NCBI GenBank assembly: GCA_907165135.1
Contig: OU015568.1
Coordinates: 16,193,208-16,257,207, forward strand
DNA from: Oikopleura dioica
Lineage: Eukaryota > Animalia > Chordata
Direction: 5' to 3'
Length of the DNA: 64,000 nucleotides
Shown: piece after piece, positions 60,201-64,000 of the stretch
Position numbering within the stretch: position 1 is the first letter of the stretch
How the letters are laid out: every line of letters begins with the position of its first letter
The notes under the pieces: model-generated
The model's input: the letters and a program-made list of their open reading frames with translations, nothing else
The model's database searches: none
Told to the model about the DNA's origin: nothing
Made by a program: the position numbers and the translations under genes

Positions 60201-63200
60201 AAAGCCAATTCTGACCGGAAATGAAAAAATAAACTTTGGTAAAGAGAACTTTTACATGGAACTTGAAAAACACGAGCTTGTTTTAAAAACAAGCACATTA
60301 AACCTAACGACCGGCAAAGATCAAGTTTTGTAAAGGATGTTTTGAGGAATGCTTTTTCCTGAATCAACTTGATTTAATCAAGCGAAACTCGAACAAAGTG
60401 TGCTTCCTCATTCAAAATGTAACTTACTTGAGAGTATGAAGAATGAGACATTCCATCTTCAAGCGCTCAGCTTTTCGCGAGTCACTGTAAATATCTTCAA
60501 CTTTGGATCAAAAATTATTAATATAATTCAAAAGAATAATTCTCTCGGAATAAAATTAATAAGTTTTTATCTAAGTAAAGTTTTTTTGAGCTTTCTGAAA
60601 TCTGATCTTTATGTTCTTTTCTAGGACTAGTCCCGCTTTCAAGTCTGAAAGTTGCTTTCGTATTCGATTTCAAAGTCTGCTTCTTAAAAGATTATCCCCA
60701 AGACTTCATCTTCTCTATATATTTCTCAATTTTTAAGGTTACATCGTTTTTCGACCCATTCCTATGACTTTAATTGCCACATTATTTCCTCGGAAGCGGC
60801 CGGCATAGACGCGACCGCATCCTCCCTCGCCCAAGATGTTCTCCGGTCGGGTCGAGTACTCCACCAATTCAGGCTGCTCGATGTTCATGATTAAATCGGT
60901 GCGCACGAAGGCGACGATCTTGCGGATCTGCTTGATGATCAGGTGAATCGTTACTGAAGGGAATGGTTAAAAAAGGATTTTTTTATTAAAACTTTTTTTG
61001 AGAACCCTGAGTCAGATTTCACCTCAGGCTACCTTGCCCAGAAATGGGTCTTCCTTCCAAACTAGAAGCGTAGTTGTACAGACTGGGCCTGGGCTCGGCA
61101 ACCTGAGTAAAAAACCTGAGTCAGAACCTACCAATTCCCTTCCGAAACCCTGACTCAGGTTTTTCATTCAGCTTGCTGCGCCTAGGACTGTGTTCAGCAA
61201 TCTATGAAAAACTTCCCCAAGTTCACGCTGAACTTCTGTATAACTACAGCCGGCAACTTGTGCAGAAAACCTGAGTCAGGCCCGAAAGAAATTAAATGAA
61301 AAGCCGCGGCTCTTTCAGATCCTGACTCAGGTTTTCTGCAAAAGTTGCCGGCTGTAGTTATACAGAACTTCAGGGTGAACTTGGGGAAAAGAAGAAGAAT
61401 GTTCTCAGCAGACCGCATTTTAAATAACTGCTGGTCATGTTATGCTGGAAAGAGCAAAGAGAAAAACAGAAGAAGGATGGATTAATACATTAATTTTATT
61501 CTTCGGTTTGAACATGCGTTCTATTTTTTATCCCAACACAAAGTCTTAAAAGATTAAACAAGGGCCTACTACATATGAAATAAGTGTTCGATAATATAAT
61601 ATTATTAATATTATAAGGTACTACTAATAACCTTGTTTCGCCGCAGTTCAGATTACTAAGACAAGTTTTTAAAAATGAAAATCGATGTTGAAAAAGGGGG
61701 ACAAAAGAAGTTGGAAACTTAAAAATACAGAATATATTTTAAGCCATGAAAACAACATATTGTCAGCGCAATAATTTTGCAATAGAATGCAACTTATCTA
61801 CGCGCAAAACACGGGGCCATAAGCTCCTCAGCTGGAGATTGTTCAACTCTTGGGATGAATATTCATAAATATAATTAAAATCTTGAGGTGGCTCTTCCCA
61901 GCTAAGTCCAAAAATTATCTGAAGTTCTCGAAGAGTTTATCATTTTGTCATAAGCACAAAAGGAGATCCTTTGATAAGGATAATTGACTTGTTTTTGAGC
62001 ACTTGCTCTTCGATAACATGCTAGATCTAACAAGTGGTGCCTTATTATAATCTTGCTATTTGAAATCGAATAAAATGACGTTTCATTTTCTCCGCTGAAC
62101 TCAGTAACCTGTGCATAAAACTTGAGTTATCCTTGAGTTGAGAGCTGCAGAGCGGCTTTTTGAATAAAGAAGCCGCAGTGCGGCTTCGAAAAGAGTACCA
62201 TAAATAATCTTTATCAAACTCTAGCAAAGCCTACCTTCTTTTATAAGCCACATATTTCAAAGCCACATATTTCATTTTGATATTTCATCAATTGTCAAAC
62301 TTTCATGTCATAAGTTTCTAGTAGAAATTAGAATATTAGTTCCGGACGGTGTAGTGGGTAAACCCTCGACGGCCAAGGACTTTTACCGTTGAGACCAGAG
62401 TTGGTAAAAAAGTATACTTCACTCGCCCTTCAGAATGAAGTATACTTCATGAAGTATACTTCAGGGCGTTGCAGGGCGTTGAAGGGCGTGAAGTGTACTT
62501 CCGCCCTTCCCTCTACTTCAACCGCCCTTCCGCCCTTCACTCTACTTCAACTTGATTCTGTCGGCCATCAGAATCCATCCGCCAGAATTTTTTCAAATTT
62601 TGCGCTTATTGGCTCTCAGGCCCCATGATTTAAATCACGCTAATTGTGGCAGATGAACCGATAGCTGAAGTATACTTCAGGGCTTTGAAGGGCGCGTGAA
62701 GTACACTTCACCGCCCTTCAAGAATGAAGGGCGCCCTGCAGATTTTTGAAGGGCGAGGGGAAGTATACTTTTTTACCAACTCTGGTTGAGACAACAAGCA
62801 TTAGAGGAATTATGCGATTATCTTGATCTTGATACTCACTTGAACTTCACTTCTACCCGGAAAGAATTTTAGCTTTATCGAGAAGATAAGAGAAGTAACA
62901 AGTGCGGATGATTAAATATAATTCAGATAAAAACCAGCTGAAAAACTACAAAGGCTTAGTCCTTAGGTGGGGGGTCCCGGAGGGGCGTAGGCCCCTGGGT
63001 TAGGTTTAGGGTTAGGAGCAGCGCGAATGATAACCCCCTACTACCTCAGGGTCAGACAAAGCTTGAAAGGTCGAGTTCAATAAAAATTTCTATTCAGCTT
63101 ATTCTTCAATGACCAGATTAATTACTGTTCAGAATTCTCGAACTAGAATATTCGAATTCTTCGACGAGCTTATTATTTTGATGTGAGGTTCTTTACAAAA

Positions 63201-63804
63201 TATGAAAATTACACCTTTTTGCGCGGCTCCACCCACGAAGGTTAACCACATTAGCTCGTTTTTAGAACATTATGCTTCCTCTCCCCAAAAAGCTTAGCTA
63301 CGAAATTTACTTACAAAAGAACAAGCCAAGACAACCCGTGATGATCCAGAAGTTTCGCCGCTTGTAGAAAGGGTATTTGCGGCTTGCTATTTCGCGGTTG
63401 ATTTGATCGTCGAAAATTTTCTGAAATTCAGGCGACTTTTGGCGAGGTTAACAGACTTAATCTCTTGTAAAGGCAGAATTTTTAACTTTGGAATTTGAAA
63501 TTTTTAAAGGCAACTCCAATTTCGCCTAAATCTGTAACCGTCCCGTAGAAACGTTGAAGATATCCAGGTACCACTGAGGAATGATTGGATCCGTGACATT
63601 TCCAACCTCTTGCTTCATTTTATTGTACTGAATCTCAGTCGGCAAGCAGTACTTGTAATTCCTCGGCCTGTTGTACTTGGGGTCGGAGTTGTACTCCCTT
63701 TTGGGAGGGAAGAGCGTGTCTGTTATATTTTTCGGAATTGCAGTTAATTCCGCGTTGTTTTCGCAGCGATCTGAGCTCCAAGATCCGTGGCTTTCGAATT
63801 CCAA
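57220..63804 (-). CDS. Divergent single-pass receptor kinase (TKL group, TGF-beta/activin-receptor-like catalytic motifs); 5' end probably beyond the window
   Basis: Exons carry the TM FWIITGCLGLFF|LTIHLIIKQIRK (phase-compatible splice 63313 to 60954), LGEGGCGRVY..VAIKV (~60760-60830), HRDIK (~59490), IADFGLS (~58620), GTNRWRAPE (~58210), DIYGVGLVI (~57925) and CLRPNPYDRP (~57320). Further 3' exons possible to ~56400. Confidence 0.7.
58300..58415. mobile_element. CCTGAGTCAGG-family MITE in a kinase intron (others at ~56690, 57168-57210, 61000-61190, 62095, 63935)
   Basis: tgtgtagaagatctgagtcagggtgtgaaagatctc ... cccagactcagagcttctacaca. Confidence 0.7.
58695..59343. mobile_element. 649-bp hairpin element, PIF/Harbinger-like
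   Basis: About 285-bp near-perfect inverted arms around a ~70-bp spacer. TTA on both flanks (58692-58694, 59344-59346). Confidence 0.8.
61215..61388. mobile_element. Family MITE with unique inverted flanks
   Basis: ttccccaagttcacgctgaacttctgtataactacagccggcaactt / aagttgccggctgtagttatacagaacttcagggtgaacttggggaa around a CCTGAGTCAGG core. Confidence 0.75.
62396..62784. mobile_element. hAT-like MITE (389 bp)
   Basis: 25-bp TIR cagagttggtaaaaaagtatactt. 8-bp TSD gttgagac (62388-62395, 62785-62792). Internal gaagggcg and gaagtatacttc repeats. Confidence 0.85.
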
Positions 63805-64000
63805 ACTCGGTAAAATGTACTTTGAAAAGCGACTTCTCCATGAATCCTTTGTCCGGCCATTTCCTTCATTGCCTTGTCCTGGCTTAATTTAGGGTGGGAA
63901 CAGATCTCAAATTTCCATGATAAATCTTTCAGGGGTCCCTGAATCAGGTTTTCGACAGGGGATACTGAACCTAGATTCAGTAACTAGAACGGCAGCATTC

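Noticed and set aside
62339-62395. tRNA/SINE-like start (ggtgtagtggg, A-box-like)
   Set aside because: No B box or cloverleaf can be completed, even after removing the adjacent hAT MITE.
62995-63025. Telomere-like TTAGGG motifs (also ~14644, ~43585, ~7310)
   Set aside because: Only 2-4 imperfect units, probably part of a dispersed repeat. No true telomeric array.

Overview
Eukaryotic, AT-rich genomic DNA with very short introns (mostly 39-60 nt, two GA-AG). It is most likely the larvacean tunicate Oikopleura (inference from intron style and the metallothionein module). Recognisable genes: SLC2A13-like sugar/inositol transporter, HS3ST-like sulfotransferase, DDX6, UBE2I/UBC9, an Rpr2/SNM1-like Zn-finger protein, a three-module metallothionein and a divergent single-pass receptor kinase. 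The main discovery candidate is a multicopy gene (15-39 kb; four copies or remnants) whose ~710-aa product fuses an atypical protein-kinase domain (VAVR in place of VAVK) to a papain-like domain with papain-identical Gln/Cys and His/Asn spacing. It is tandemly repeated tail-to-tail with an orphan 475-aa basic partner gene. One copy is split by a 7.6-kb foldback-type element built from 128-bp and 57-bp tandem arrays. The window also holds many MITEs with hAT-, Mutator- and Harbinger-type TSDs, including a dense intron-dwelling family whose TIRs contain AP-1 consensus sites. Single-base deletions in homopolymers, including one in DDX6, suggest long-read assembly errors, so frameshift-based pseudogene calls need care. 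All gene models were built by hand from the sequence; no database searches were run.
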